This document shows, one piece after another, positions 1 through 9,478 of a DNA stretch of 64,000 nucleotides. The notes under the pieces were generated by a model. The model worked only from the letters and a program-made list of their open reading frames with translations, searched no databases and was not told the origin of the DNA. Made by a program: the position numbers and the translations under genes. Numbering within the stretch: the stretch's first letter is position 1; every line of letters begins with the position of its first letter. The stretch is from a bacterium (GTDB lineage Bacteria; Electryoneota; JAOADG01), in NCBI GenBank assembly GCA_963681965.1, contig OY820579.1, forward strand, positions 1,472,001 through 1,536,000, read 5' to 3'.

Positions 1-5
1 ACGAA

Positions 6-674
6 GTGGAAATTCAAGGCGGATTTACCGGGTCAGGGAGTGGTGTGTGTCGGGTAGAAACCGATTTTCGAGCACAATTCGTTGACAACCAGACCGTATA
101 TGCTAAAAATGAAGTACACATCAATGGTGAAGTGCGGAATGCTGTTATTGAAGCCGGTAAAGCAATCTTCATTACTGGATCGAAAGGTGTGTTGATTGGT
201 GGTCGAATCGAGGCGATCGAGCGAATCGAGGCGACCGTTTTGGGAAATAATATCGATCTCTCGTGTAAAGTAAATGTCGGTAGACCCAAAGAAATGTATG
301 TCCAGTTAGACGCTTACGAAGAAGAAATTTCGCAGATCGATCAACGCTCGCTCGTCATGCGGCGTCAATTTGGAATTCCCGACGATTTCGATTTAGTCAA
401 TGATAAAACCATCGTGAATAAAGATACCCCCATGGCACGGAGTATTGGTCTGTTAAAGAAAATTATGGACAAGCGACAGGAAATTTCGACCAAACAACAA
501 GCATTACTCGATGAAATCAATCGATTGGCACAGAATTCCTGTGTCGTGGTGTACAAGGCTTGTCACCCGGGGGTTGTAATTCGGATCGGGAATTTAACCA
601 AGACGATCGATACTTTGATTGGTCACACCATCTTCAGGATTATCGAAGGAGAAATTGTCGGTGTTAAAGAATAA
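6..674 (+). CDS. FapA/DUF342-family flagellar assembly protein, C-terminal part (5' end probably outside window)
   Basis: Beta-helix-like repeats (KGVLIGGRIEAIERIEATVLG), coiled coil, C-terminal VVVYKACHPGVVIRIG; frame is open to the window edge; abuts fliP. Confidence 0.75.
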   Translation: MEIQGGFTGSGSGVCRVETDFRAQFVDNQTVYAKNEVHINGEVRNAVIEAGKAIFITGSKGVLIGGRIEAIERIEATVLGNNIDLSCKVNVGRPKEMYVQLDAYEEEISQIDQRSLVMRRQFGIPDDFDLVNDKTIVNKDTPMARSIGLLKKIMDKRQEISTKQQALLDEINRLAQNSCVVVYKACHPGVVIRIGNLTKTIDTLIGHTIFRIIEGEIVGVKE

Positions 675-1425
675 TCGATTGGTTGGAATCTTCGCCATCG
701 TCTTGCTAGTTGCCGGACTATTGCTCCCGATTGCAGCATCTGCGCAAACAGCCTTTCCGAAAGTTACCGTTGGGATCGAAAAAGCGAAAGATGCCGGTGA
801 TTTATCGATTACGCTCCAAATCCTGATTTTGATGACGGTGCTTTCGCTAGCACCATCGATTTTGATCATGATGACCAGTTTTACCAGAATTCTAATCGTC
901 TTGCATTTTTTACGACAGGCGATCGGTACACAGCAGATGCCTCCGAATCAAATCATTGTCGGGTTATCGCTATTTCTCACTTTCTTTGTGATGGGTCCAA
1001 CCTTTACTACGATCTACGACCAAGCATGGACACCGTATCGAGATAAACGTATCACTGCCGAGGAAGGTTACGACCGAGCCGCCAAATCACTACGTGAATT
1101 TATGCTGCGAAATACCCGCGAAAAAGATCTACAACTCTTCGTGAAATTGGATCATAGTCCGCAGCCGCGGAATGTGAAGGATCTTTCGATGCGTGTCGTT
1201 ATTCCCGCATTTGTCACTTCCGAATTGCGCGTTGCCTTTCAGATTGGATTTCTACTCTATTTACCATTTCTTGTGATCGATATGGTGATCTCATCGATTT
1301 TGATGAGTATGGGGATGATGATGTTGCCACCGGTGATGATATCACTTCCATTTAAGATATTATTGTTCGTTCTGGTCGATGGCTGGTATTTAATCGTCAA
1401 TTCATTAGTACAGTCATTTCATTGA
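661..1425 (+). CDS. fliP: Flagellar export gate protein FliP
   Basis: MMTSFTRI, QQMPPNQ, MGMMMLPP and PFKILLFVLVDGW motifs; GTG at 661 after GAAGGAG is the likely start (ORF track starts at 619). Confidence 0.97.
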   Translation: MLKNNRLVGIFAIVLLVAGLLLPIAASAQTAFPKVTVGIEKAKDAGDLSITLQILILMTVLSLAPSILIMMTSFTRILIVLHFLRQAIGTQQMPPNQIIVGLSLFLTFFVMGPTFTTIYDQAWTPYRDKRITAEEGYDRAAKSLREFMLRNTREKDLQLFVKLDHSPQPRNVKDLSMRVVIPAFVTSELRVAFQIGFLLYLPFLVIDMVISSILMSMGMMMLPPVMISLPFKILLFVLVDGWYLIVNSLVQSFH

Positions 1426-1435
1426 GGCACCGGCG

Positions 1436-1705
1436 ATGACACAAGAATTTGCACTTTATATCGTAAAAGAATCGCTTTGGACGGCGCTGATCCTTTCTGC
1501 TCCGATGATTCTAGCGGGACTCATCGTCGGTTTGATCGTTTCGATTTTTCAGGCAGTCACGTCGATTAACGAAATGACGCTGTCGCTGGTAGCGAAAATT
1601 ATCGCCGTTATTTTTGTCGGACTGTTAACGTTTCCGTGGATGGTGACGACTATGGTTAGCTTCACGCAGACGATATTCAATTATATCCCTGTCATGGCAA
1701 AATAA
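1436..1705 (+). CDS. fliQ: Flagellar export protein FliQ
   Basis: 89 aa, GLIVSIFQAVTSINEMTL motif, between fliP and fliR. Confidence 0.96.
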   Translation: MTQEFALYIVKESLWTALILSAPMILAGLIVGLIVSIFQAVTSINEMTLSLVAKIIAVIFVGLLTFPWMVTTMVSFTQTIFNYIPVMAK

Positions 1706-1756
1706 ATAAATTCATTCATTCCCAATTCGAATTCTCACTCGCAAGGAATCGACCTC

Positions 1757-2548
1757 ATGCTCCCAATCCCAATGCAATTATCTTTTCGGGAAGTGGAGTT
1801 CTTTTTCCTAATTTTGGTCCGAACCGCAACCATGTTGATGCTCGTTCCGTTGTTTGGGTATACGACCAACCCGGCACCGGTAAAAATCGGCTTTTCAATT
1901 CTACTCGCGATGATTCTGTTACCCATTGTTCCGATCGCAAATTTTGCACAGAGTACGGGTCTTCCGGGATTTGTCGAACTAATCATTAAAGAAGTGACGG
2001 TTGGATTGATTCTCGGGATGTTGACGTTATTCCTGTTTGTCGGTGTGCAGTTTGCCGGGGAATTGATTGGGATGCAGATGGGTTTCTCGATGGCAAGTAT
2101 GATGGATCCCACGCAGGAAACGAATTTATCGCTCATCGGACAGGTGAATTTTTATATTGCCATGATGCTGTTCTTAGTGATGAATGGTCATCACCGTTGG
2201 ATTGAAGCACTTTACTACAGTTACCAAATAGTACCACCGGGAGCGGCAAAAATCTCCATCCCGCATGTAATGAATGAATGGATCGGTTTAACATCGGGTG
2301 TTTTCGTCATAGCGATTAAAATCGCCGCACCGGTCATGGCGACGCTCTTCTTAACCGATGTGGCATTAGGTCTTCTCTCACGCTCTTCCGAACAATTGAA
2401 TATCTTCTCCGTCGGTTTCGGGGTCAAGATTTTTATCGGTTTATTCGCTATCGTGTCTGGTATTCCACTATTTGCTTATGCTTTCGGCAAGATATTTGCC
2501 GAGTTAATGAAGAAAATGGAATTTTTCCTGTCATTATTGAAGGTTTAA
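1757..2548 (+). CDS. fliR: Flagellar export protein FliR
   Basis: Multi-pass membrane protein, AGELIGMQMGF...DP and MNGHH motifs. Confidence 0.95.
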   Translation: MLPIPMQLSFREVEFFFLILVRTATMLMLVPLFGYTTNPAPVKIGFSILLAMILLPIVPIANFAQSTGLPGFVELIIKEVTVGLILGMLTLFLFVGVQFAGELIGMQMGFSMASMMDPTQETNLSLIGQVNFYIAMMLFLVMNGHHRWIEALYYSYQIVPPGAAKISIPHVMNEWIGLTSGVFVIAIKIAAPVMATLFLTDVALGLLSRSSEQLNIFSVGFGVKIFIGLFAIVSGIPLFAYAFGKIFAELMKKMEFFLSLLKV

Positions 2549-2551
2549 GCA

Positions 2552-3643
2552 GTGGCTGACGAATACGGCGAAAAAACTGAACAGCCCTCAGCACGGCGAA
2601 TTAACAAAGCGCGTAATGAGGGTAATGTCATCCAATCACCAGACTTGGCGAAAGGTACCGGTCTGGTGATGAGTTGGCTAACCTTGCTTATTTTCGGCGG
2701 CTGGGTTTACGATAATATGTTTGTTAGTACCCGCTATATCTTCGCCAATCTGCATTCAATCAATTTTACCAATGAAAATATATCCGTTTTTTTGGGACAA
2801 GGTTCCTTTTTCTTGTTGAAATTGATCCTCCCCTTTTTCGTGATTGCTGCAACTACTGCGATTGTGACCGCGGTTTTCGAACATGGCTGGAATTATACTC
2901 TCAAACCAGTTATGCCAAAGATGTCGAAGATCAATCCAGTTACCGGGTTTTCGAAGCTGTTCAAAGTCCGAGCACTCGTAGAGATGCTAAAGGGTCTGCT
3001 CAAAGTGTTGATCGTTGGATTGGCAATCTGGGGTATCATGTCGAAAGAATTGACTGAGTTTCAATTCATGGTCGATATGACAATTTCCGACATCTTCAAG
3101 AAAATCATGTGGGCAACGACTGTGCTGTTTGCGCGCGTCACATTTATTCTCCTGATTTTAGGTATTGCCGACTATTTTGTATCCAAATATCTGTACATCA
3201 AAGATTTAAAAATGACTAAGCAAGAGGTAAAGGAAGAATATAAAGAGCAAGAAGGCGATCCCAAGATCAAACAAAAAATGCGGCAAGTCGCATTGAACAT
3301 GGCTTACGGTATGACCGTGAAAAATACGAAGAAAGCCACTGTTTTAATCACAAATCCGACACATTTTGCAATTGCATTGCAATATGAACCGGAAACGATG
3401 TCGGCACCGAAAGTAATTGCCAAGGGACAACGTCGAGTTGCCCTGAGAATGCGGGAAATAGCCACTGAGAACAATATCCCTATCGTTGAGAATCCGCCAC
3501 TGGCTCGCGCATTGTATCGAAGCGCAGCTATTGGTCAAGAGATTCCCGGTAATTTCTATCAGGCAGTGGCGGAAGTATTAGCCTATGTCTATCGCCTCCA
3601 AGAAGAAAAGCGCCACCCCAACAATATGGAACAGCCGATCTAG
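2552..3643 (+). CDS. flhB: Flagellar export switch protein FlhB
   Basis: EKTEQPSARR N-terminus, KMTKQEVKEEYKEQEGDP, NPTH autocleavage site. Confidence 0.97.
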   Translation: MADEYGEKTEQPSARRINKARNEGNVIQSPDLAKGTGLVMSWLTLLIFGGWVYDNMFVSTRYIFANLHSINFTNENISVFLGQGSFFLLKLILPFFVIAATTAIVTAVFEHGWNYTLKPVMPKMSKINPVTGFSKLFKVRALVEMLKGLLKVLIVGLAIWGIMSKELTEFQFMVDMTISDIFKKIMWATTVLFARVTFILLILGIADYFVSKYLYIKDLKMTKQEVKEEYKEQEGDPKIKQKMRQVALNMAYGMTVKNTKKATVLITNPTHFAIALQYEPETMSAPKVIAKGQRRVALRMREIATENNIPIVENPPLARALYRSAAIGQEIPGNFYQAVAEVLAYVYRLQEEKRHPNNMEQPI

Positions 3644-3647
3644 CAGT

Positions 3648-3663
3648 TGGCACCCCTTTTGCA
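3648..3663 (+). promoter_or_regulatory. Sigma-54 (-24/-12) promoter upstream of flhA
   Basis: TGGCACCCCTTTTGCA matches TGGCAC-N5-TTGC with correct GG/GC spacing, in the flhB-flhA gap. Confidence 0.85.
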
Positions 3664-3695
3664 TCTAATCATGATGACACTTGCAAGAGGAAAAT

Positions 3696-5777
3696 GTGGC
3701 AGCTGGAACAACCATCGCTAAAAAGCCAGAAAACAGTTTCTTAGCTCATCTAACCACCAAAGCGGACATCTGGTTCGCTGCGGCGGTGATAGCGGTTCTT
3801 TCCATACTTATTCTGCCCCTACCCGCATTCATGATCGACTTAATGCTGACGATTTCGATTACAATTGCACTCTTAATTTTGATGGTTTGTACCTATACCG
3901 AAGAACCCCTCCAATTCAGTGTTTTCCCCGGTTTATTACTTGTCGTTACCCTATTTCGTCTGGCGCTGAATATCTCAACCACACGATTGATTTTGTCCGA
4001 GGGAACCGGTGGACGGATTATTGAAGCATTTGGTACCTTCGTCATCAAAGGGAATTATGTAATTGGACTGGTGATCTTTGCGCTATTGAACATTATCAAT
4101 TTTGTGGTAATTACGAAAGGTTCAAATCGAATTGCGGAAGTCGCTGCCCGGTTTACCCTCGATGCAATGCCGGGTAAACAGATGGCGATTGATGCCGATT
4201 TGAACAATGGTTTGATTGGTGAAGAAGAAGCCAAGGAACGGCGTGATAAAATTACCCGGGAAGCCGACTTTTACGGTGCGATGGATGGTGCTTCGAAATT
4301 CGTCCGGGGCGATGCGGTTGCCGGATTAATTATTACCTTCATTAATATCGTTGGCGGTATCGTTATCGGTGTCGTGCAACGCGGAATGCCGATCGAAAAA
4401 GCGGCTTCATTATACACGACATTGACCGTTGGTGATGGCTTGGTCGCACAGATTCCCGCTCTTATTATTTCGATCGGTGCCGGTATTCTGGTGTCTCGTG
4501 CGGCTTCGAAGGAAAATCTGGGTAGCGGTATCGTCAAGCAGTTATTTGGTTACAAACGTTCGCTGTGGTTGGCTACGGTCGTATTGGTGCTATTCGGGAT
4601 CGTTCCCGGATTTCCATTAATTCCCATGTGGTTACTCGCGGGTGGTTTGGCATGGATCGCTTCGAAATATAATACTGCTGAAAAGAACGATGCTGCAGCG
4701 GTGCTAACTGCAACCAAAGAGACGGCGAAACCGAAAGAGAAACCCGAAGAATTTCTGGCAATCGATCCATTGGAATTGGAAATTGGTTACTCTTTAATAC
4801 CATTGGTTGATACGGCTCAGGATGGGGATTTACTTTCGCGAATTACTTTGATCCGTAAGCAACAAGCGATTCAGATGGGGATTATTATTCCTCCAATCCG
4901 GATTCGCGACAATATTCAATTAAAATCGAACGAATACTCAGTAAAGATCCGGGGGAACGAAGTGGCACGCTCCGAACTCCGGTTAGGTCATTATCTGGCA
5001 CTGAATCCCGGAACGGCAATCGGTGAATTGGAGGGATCAAAGACCCACGAACCGACCTATGGCTTACCGGCGACTTGGATCGCTGAACGGGAGAGGGAGC
5101 GAGCGGAATCGAATGGCTTTACTGTGGTAGAGCCGCCGGCAGTATTATCGACACATTTAGTGGAAATTATTAAGCGGAATGCCCATCGGATCTTGACGCG
5201 ACAGGATGTTCAAACGTTAGTTAACGTCTTAAAACAAGACAGCTCCGCCGTAGTTGAAGAATTGATCCCGAATATGATGTCGATCGGAGGAGTTCATAAA
5301 ATTTTGCAGCGCCTCTTGAAAGAAGGTATTCCAGTTCGCGATCTTGCTACTATCTGCGAAGCGCTGAGCGACTATGCACCATTGACGAAAGATCCCGATT
5401 TGCTAACGGAATATGTCCGGTATGCGTTAAGTCCGACGATCACGCAAAAATTCGTCGATAACGACGGTAAACTTTACGCGTTGACGATGACCCCGCAGGT
5501 TGAAGATGTACTAGCAGAAGAGGTTCAATCGGCAGGCGGTCGAATGCAGCAGATAAACCTGAATCCACAATTTTTACAGACGCTTTACCGGTCGATACAA
5601 TCGAATATCAATATTGTGAAACAGCAGGGTCGGCAGCCTATTATCATCGTTGCCCCCTCTGTTCGCCTGTATGTCCGTCGCTTGCTCGAACCAGTATTGC
5701 CGGAAGTAACTGTGTTGTCGTTTGGCGAGTTGGTAGCAGATGTGTCGGTGGAAAGTTTAGGAAAGATTTCGGTGTAA
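3696..5777 (+). CDS. flhA: Flagellar export protein FlhA
   Basis: RIAEVAARFTLDAMPGKQMAIDADL and FYGAMDGASKFVRGDA motifs; GTG at 3696 follows AGAGGA. Confidence 0.98.
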   Translation: MAAGTTIAKKPENSFLAHLTTKADIWFAAAVIAVLSILILPLPAFMIDLMLTISITIALLILMVCTYTEEPLQFSVFPGLLLVVTLFRLALNISTTRLILSEGTGGRIIEAFGTFVIKGNYVIGLVIFALLNIINFVVITKGSNRIAEVAARFTLDAMPGKQMAIDADLNNGLIGEEEAKERRDKITREADFYGAMDGASKFVRGDAVAGLIITFINIVGGIVIGVVQRGMPIEKAASLYTTLTVGDGLVAQIPALIISIGAGILVSRAASKENLGSGIVKQLFGYKRSLWLATVVLVLFGIVPGFPLIPMWLLAGGLAWIASKYNTAEKNDAAAVLTATKETAKPKEKPEEFLAIDPLELEIGYSLIPLVDTAQDGDLLSRITLIRKQQAIQMGIIIPPIRIRDNIQLKSNEYSVKIRGNEVARSELRLGHYLALNPGTAIGELEGSKTHEPTYGLPATWIAERERERAESNGFTVVEPPAVLSTHLVEIIKRNAHRILTRQDVQTLVNVLKQDSSAVVEELIPNMMSIGGVHKILQRLLKEGIPVRDLATICEALSDYAPLTKDPDLLTEYVRYALSPTITQKFVDNDGKLYALTMTPQVEDVLAEEVQSAGGRMQQINLNPQFLQTLYRSIQSNINIVKQQGRQPIIIVAPSVRLYVRRLLEPVLPEVTVLSFGELVADVSVESLGKISV

Positions 5778-5780
5778 GTC

Positions 5781-7106
5781 ATGGGAATGCGAATCAAGAA
5801 ATTTGTCGCTAGCACGATTAACGAAGCCATGGCGATGGTTCGCAAAGAACTCGGCGAGGATGCGGTCGTCCTCAAAACCGAGAAATTGGAGCATAAATCT
5901 CATCTCGGTCTCCGTAGTAAAACCGAATTTGAAATTACCGCAGCGACTCATGACAACTCGTTACCACCATTAATTGATCGAATGACCCGAAATGCGCAAC
6001 AAGTTCAGGAGCATATTCGCAACCGACCGACTTTGACTGCGACAGGAGAACCCCGATTGACACTGGATCCTGCCAAAGGTAAACCAAGTTCAGGCGTCGC
6101 ACCTCTCAATCAGCCTTATGCATCGGTTGCCGAACATCAAACGGTGAGAACTCTGAAAGCCGAACTGGAAAGTCTGAAGGGAACCGTCCGTGAACTCTCC
6201 GATCAACTTCGCGCAGCTCGGTTACCCGATGTGCCACCGATGCTTGCGGAGATTATTGGTGCGCTGGACGAATCCGGATTGGAAGATCCGGAACGTACTG
6301 AACTAATTATCGAATGCATGCGCAGCAATCCGCATATCGATCGGATGGAGCGCTCGGAACTGATGGGGTGGTGGATTGAGAAACTTGCTACTGCGATGCC
6401 GGTAACACCCGTACCCCAAGATCAAGTAGGACAAGTAGTTTTTGTAATTGGTCCGACTGGTGTAGGTAAAACAACGACTCTGGCAAAACTGGCAACTCAT
6501 CATCGGTTCTGGGGTAAACGAAAGGTGGCTCTCTGCTCGATCGATACCTATCGGGTGGCTGCCATTGAGCAACTTCGGGTCTTTGCCAACATTGCCAACA
6601 TCCCAATGACGACCGCCTTCACTCCAGAAGAATTAAAACAACACGTGACTCGCTTTATAAAGCAGGGTTTTGAAGCGATATTTGTTGATACGCCCGGTCG
6701 GAGTCCAGTCGATGGCTCGGCTCTACCGGACTTAGTCGATTTCTCAAATGCCGTAAATCCTGAAGAAACAATGTTATTGTTATCTGCGTCGAGTGGATTA
6801 TCGGATTTACAGGAGCAATTTAATCGCTATCGCGAATTGCCGGTATCACGAATTATTGCTACTAAGATCGACGAAACCAGCAAACCCGCTCGATGGTATG
6901 GCTTTTGTCGGAGAACTGCACGCTCGATTAGTTATTGGACGGTCGGGCAGAATGTGCCGGATGACATCATGGTTGCCGATCCCCGTTTGTTAGTGCGCGG
7001 AATGTTGCAACCGGATTTGTTCAGCGATTTGAAAGCAGCGCGCTTTAGATTGCACGCAGTCGGCGACGACAATGCCAATCCGCGGGAACGAGAAACAGCA
7101 CGATGA
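5781..7106 (+). CDS. flhF: SRP-type GTPase FlhF
   Basis: IKKFVASTINEAMAMVRKELGEDAVVL N-terminus; GPTGVGKTTT, DTYRVAAIEQL, DTPGR, TKIDET, GQNVPDD. Confidence 0.96.
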   Translation: MGMRIKKFVASTINEAMAMVRKELGEDAVVLKTEKLEHKSHLGLRSKTEFEITAATHDNSLPPLIDRMTRNAQQVQEHIRNRPTLTATGEPRLTLDPAKGKPSSGVAPLNQPYASVAEHQTVRTLKAELESLKGTVRELSDQLRAARLPDVPPMLAEIIGALDESGLEDPERTELIIECMRSNPHIDRMERSELMGWWIEKLATAMPVTPVPQDQVGQVVFVIGPTGVGKTTTLAKLATHHRFWGKRKVALCSIDTYRVAAIEQLRVFANIANIPMTTAFTPEELKQHVTRFIKQGFEAIFVDTPGRSPVDGSALPDLVDFSNAVNPEETMLLLSASSGLSDLQEQFNRYRELPVSRIIATKIDETSKPARWYGFCRRTARSISYWTVGQNVPDDIMVADPRLLVRGMLQPDLFSDLKAARFRLHAVGDDNANPRERETAR

Positions 7107-7125
7107 AGGTAAGAAAGAGGCTCCG

Positions 7126-7989
7126 GTGAACGATCAAGCCGCAAAACTCCGCGACCAATTTAACACCCCTAACTCCAATCGAGTGGGGGCACGCAAAATT
7201 GCGATTACATCCGGTAAGGGCGGAACGGGTAAATCGAACACCTCAGTCAATCTTGCGATCGCCTTGGCTAAGTTGGGACAAAAAGTAATTTTAATTGATG
7301 CCGATAGTAATCTGGCTAACATTGATATTTTGTTGGGAATTTCTCCGAAATTCAGTCTTCTGGATGCCATTAACGGAACTGCAACGTTAGAACAAGTGGT
7401 GATGGATGGTCCGGCTGGCATCAAAGTTCTTCCCGGAACCTCAGGAATCATCGATCTCGTTGGTAACGACGGTATGATGCGCAACGAGATCATGAATGCG
7501 TTATCGGTATTTGAAAAAGAGATGGATATCATGATCATCGATACCGGCGCCGGAATTAACGAAACGGTGGTTCATTTTGTTTCGGCAGCCGACGAAGCGA
7601 TCATTGTCACTCACCCCGAACCGACAGCGCTTGCCGATGCGTATGCATTGATCAAAATTATCTCGGCACGATCGGTTCGAACACGAGTGTATGTGATGGT
7701 CAATGGTGTTCGACGTCCCTCCGATGGTTATGAAGTCTTTGAACAACTGCAATTGGTCGTTCAGAACTTTCTGAATTTGCAAATTCATTTTCTCGGTAAT
7801 ATTCCATTCGATCAGAATGTTCAAGTTGCCGTGAGTCGCCAGCAACCATACTTATTGCATGCACCGAAAGCCGAAGCTTCGATTGCAATATCGGGTATCG
7901 CGCGGAAATTATTGAAACATCCGCCGATTGCTCCCGATGGTAAGAAGGAAACTTTTTTTAGTCGGATTCTGAAAGCGAACCGGACATGA
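7126..7989 (+). CDS. flhG: MinD/ParA-family flagellar number regulator FlhG (FleN)
   Basis: DQAAKLR N-terminal motif, SGKGGTGKS, DTGAG, PEPTALADAY; follows flhF. Confidence 0.94.
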   Translation: MNDQAAKLRDQFNTPNSNRVGARKIAITSGKGGTGKSNTSVNLAIALAKLGQKVILIDADSNLANIDILLGISPKFSLLDAINGTATLEQVVMDGPAGIKVLPGTSGIIDLVGNDGMMRNEIMNALSVFEKEMDIMIIDTGAGINETVVHFVSAADEAIIVTHPEPTALADAYALIKIISARSVRTRVYVMVNGVRRPSDGYEVFEQLQLVVQNFLNLQIHFLGNIPFDQNVQVAVSRQQPYLLHAPKAEASIAISGIARKLLKHPPIAPDGKKETFFSRILKANRT

Positions 7990-8264
7990 AAATCAATGCG
8001 ATCGCTCAGCGGATTTCGATATTAGTCGCGTTATTGGTGATGGTCGTATCGCTACTAGCCCGAAAACCATTGGAAAAAGCCTTGATCGCAATGATCGGGA
8101 CCTGGGTGATCGTATCGATGATTATGTATGTGGTAACGATAGTTACCGGACGTATCGCTACCGATCTACTGATCAAAGAGAAAGAAGAGCGCGAAGCGGA
8201 AGAGAAACGCCTTCAGGAAATGGAAGAATCTTCCAAACAAGGCGAAGCAGTTACGGGAGGATAA
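7986..8264 (+). CDS. Small two-TM hypothetical membrane protein
   Basis: Two hydrophobic helices and a charged tail; ATGA overlap with flhG stop. Confidence 0.65.
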   Translation: MKINAIAQRISILVALLVMVVSLLARKPLEKALIAMIGTWVIVSMIMYVVTIVTGRIATDLLIKEKEEREAEEKRLQEMEESSKQGEAVTGG

Positions 8265-8267
8265 GCC

Positions 8268-9158
8268 GTGAGAATGACAGATGAAGCACTGACGGCTTGT
8301 TGGATTTCGTACCGGCAAAGTCTAAGTGCGGTTTCGAAAGATCGATTGTTAATTCATTATGTGGAATTAGTACATCAAATTGCCGGTCGGATGAAGATCA
8401 CACTTCCTTCGTCAGTGCAGTTCGACGATTTGACATCCTGCGGAACAATGGGATTGATTCGCGCGATTGAGAATTTTGAACCGGATCGTGGTTTCAAATT
8501 CGAAACCTACGCCTCACAAGTTGTTCGGGGTGCAATGCTTGATGGTTTGCGCGAGTACGATTGGTTACCGCGAACCCAGAGGATTAAAAACCGACGTTTG
8601 GAAAATGCGATTCGGGATTTGGAACAACGGCTTGCACGATCGCCCGATGACGAAGAAATTGCCGCTGAACTTGGGATGACAGACGATCAATACCGGCAGT
8701 TGTTGTCGGAAGCTGGTGCGGGAGCGTTACTTTCTCTGGATAATGAAGTATCGGCATTCGAATCCGATAGTGGTAGTTTTCATGAGGTGATTCCCGATAC
8801 AGAAGCGGATAACCCGCATGAATTGATCGAACAGGCTGAAATCAAACGGATCGCTCGAACGCTCTTGGACGAATTACCCGATCAAGCCCGCAAAGTGATG
8901 GCATTGTACTACTTCGAAGAGTTGACGCTGAAGGAAATTGGTCAATTGCTGGGAATAACCGAATCTCGCGTTTGTCAGATTCACAGTAAAATAATACTTC
9001 AATTGCGTGCTAGACTCCGAAGAGTGTTCGAAGAAGATGCCGACGATCCGGTAACTCCGGCAGCAAGACCTCGGGGACGACCGCGGAAAATTATCGAACC
9101 GCTAATGGAAGTTGCAACTTCAATCTTGGAACGGTCTTCTAAGGATTTGTCGCCGTGA
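8268..9158 (+). CDS. fliA: Flagellar sigma factor sigma-28 (FliA/WhiG family)
   Basis: KFETYA...RGAMLDGLREYDWLPR, region 4 LYYFEELTLKEIGQLLGITESRVCQIHSK; C-terminal extension. Confidence 0.95.
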   Translation: MRMTDEALTACWISYRQSLSAVSKDRLLIHYVELVHQIAGRMKITLPSSVQFDDLTSCGTMGLIRAIENFEPDRGFKFETYASQVVRGAMLDGLREYDWLPRTQRIKNRRLENAIRDLEQRLARSPDDEEIAAELGMTDDQYRQLLSEAGAGALLSLDNEVSAFESDSGSFHEVIPDTEADNPHELIEQAEIKRIARTLLDELPDQARKVMALYYFEELTLKEIGQLLGITESRVCQIHSKIILQLRARLRRVFEEDADDPVTPAARPRGRPRKIIEPLMEVATSILERSSKDLSP

Positions 9159-9478
9159 AGATTGCGATGTTGCAGGATTTTTTTTCGAAGCTGCCGTATC
9201 TCTCGCAATTAAATGCCAAACATGCGGTAGAAGCGATTGCAGCAACCGAACGGCAACTTCGCAATACCGACGAGAAAGCTCGAGTAGCTGCGCAGTTGCA
9301 GTTACAAAATTCGCAATCGTCGATTCAAACCGATACAAATCGTCGACACAGTCGAAAATGGTTTCGCTTCGGTTCCCATGACAACAAACAAGAAGATGAG
9401 TCAACTGCATCCACCGAGCAATCGGCTACCGAACAACCAAACACTCAGAAAGGTGGAAAGGTAGACCGTTACGCATGA
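9155..9478 (+). CDS. Hypothetical protein in flagellar operon
   Basis: GTGA and ATGA overlaps with both neighbours; ends KGGKVDRYA. Confidence 0.6.
   Translation: MKIAMLQDFFSKLPYLSQLNAKHAVEAIAATERQLRNTDEKARVAAQLQLQNSQSSIQTDTNRRHSRKWFRFGSHDNKQEDESTASTEQSATEQPNTQKGGKVDRYA

Noticed and set aside
6-1425. Absence of fliO before fliP
   Set aside because: fliO may lie upstream of the window, so no conclusion is possible.
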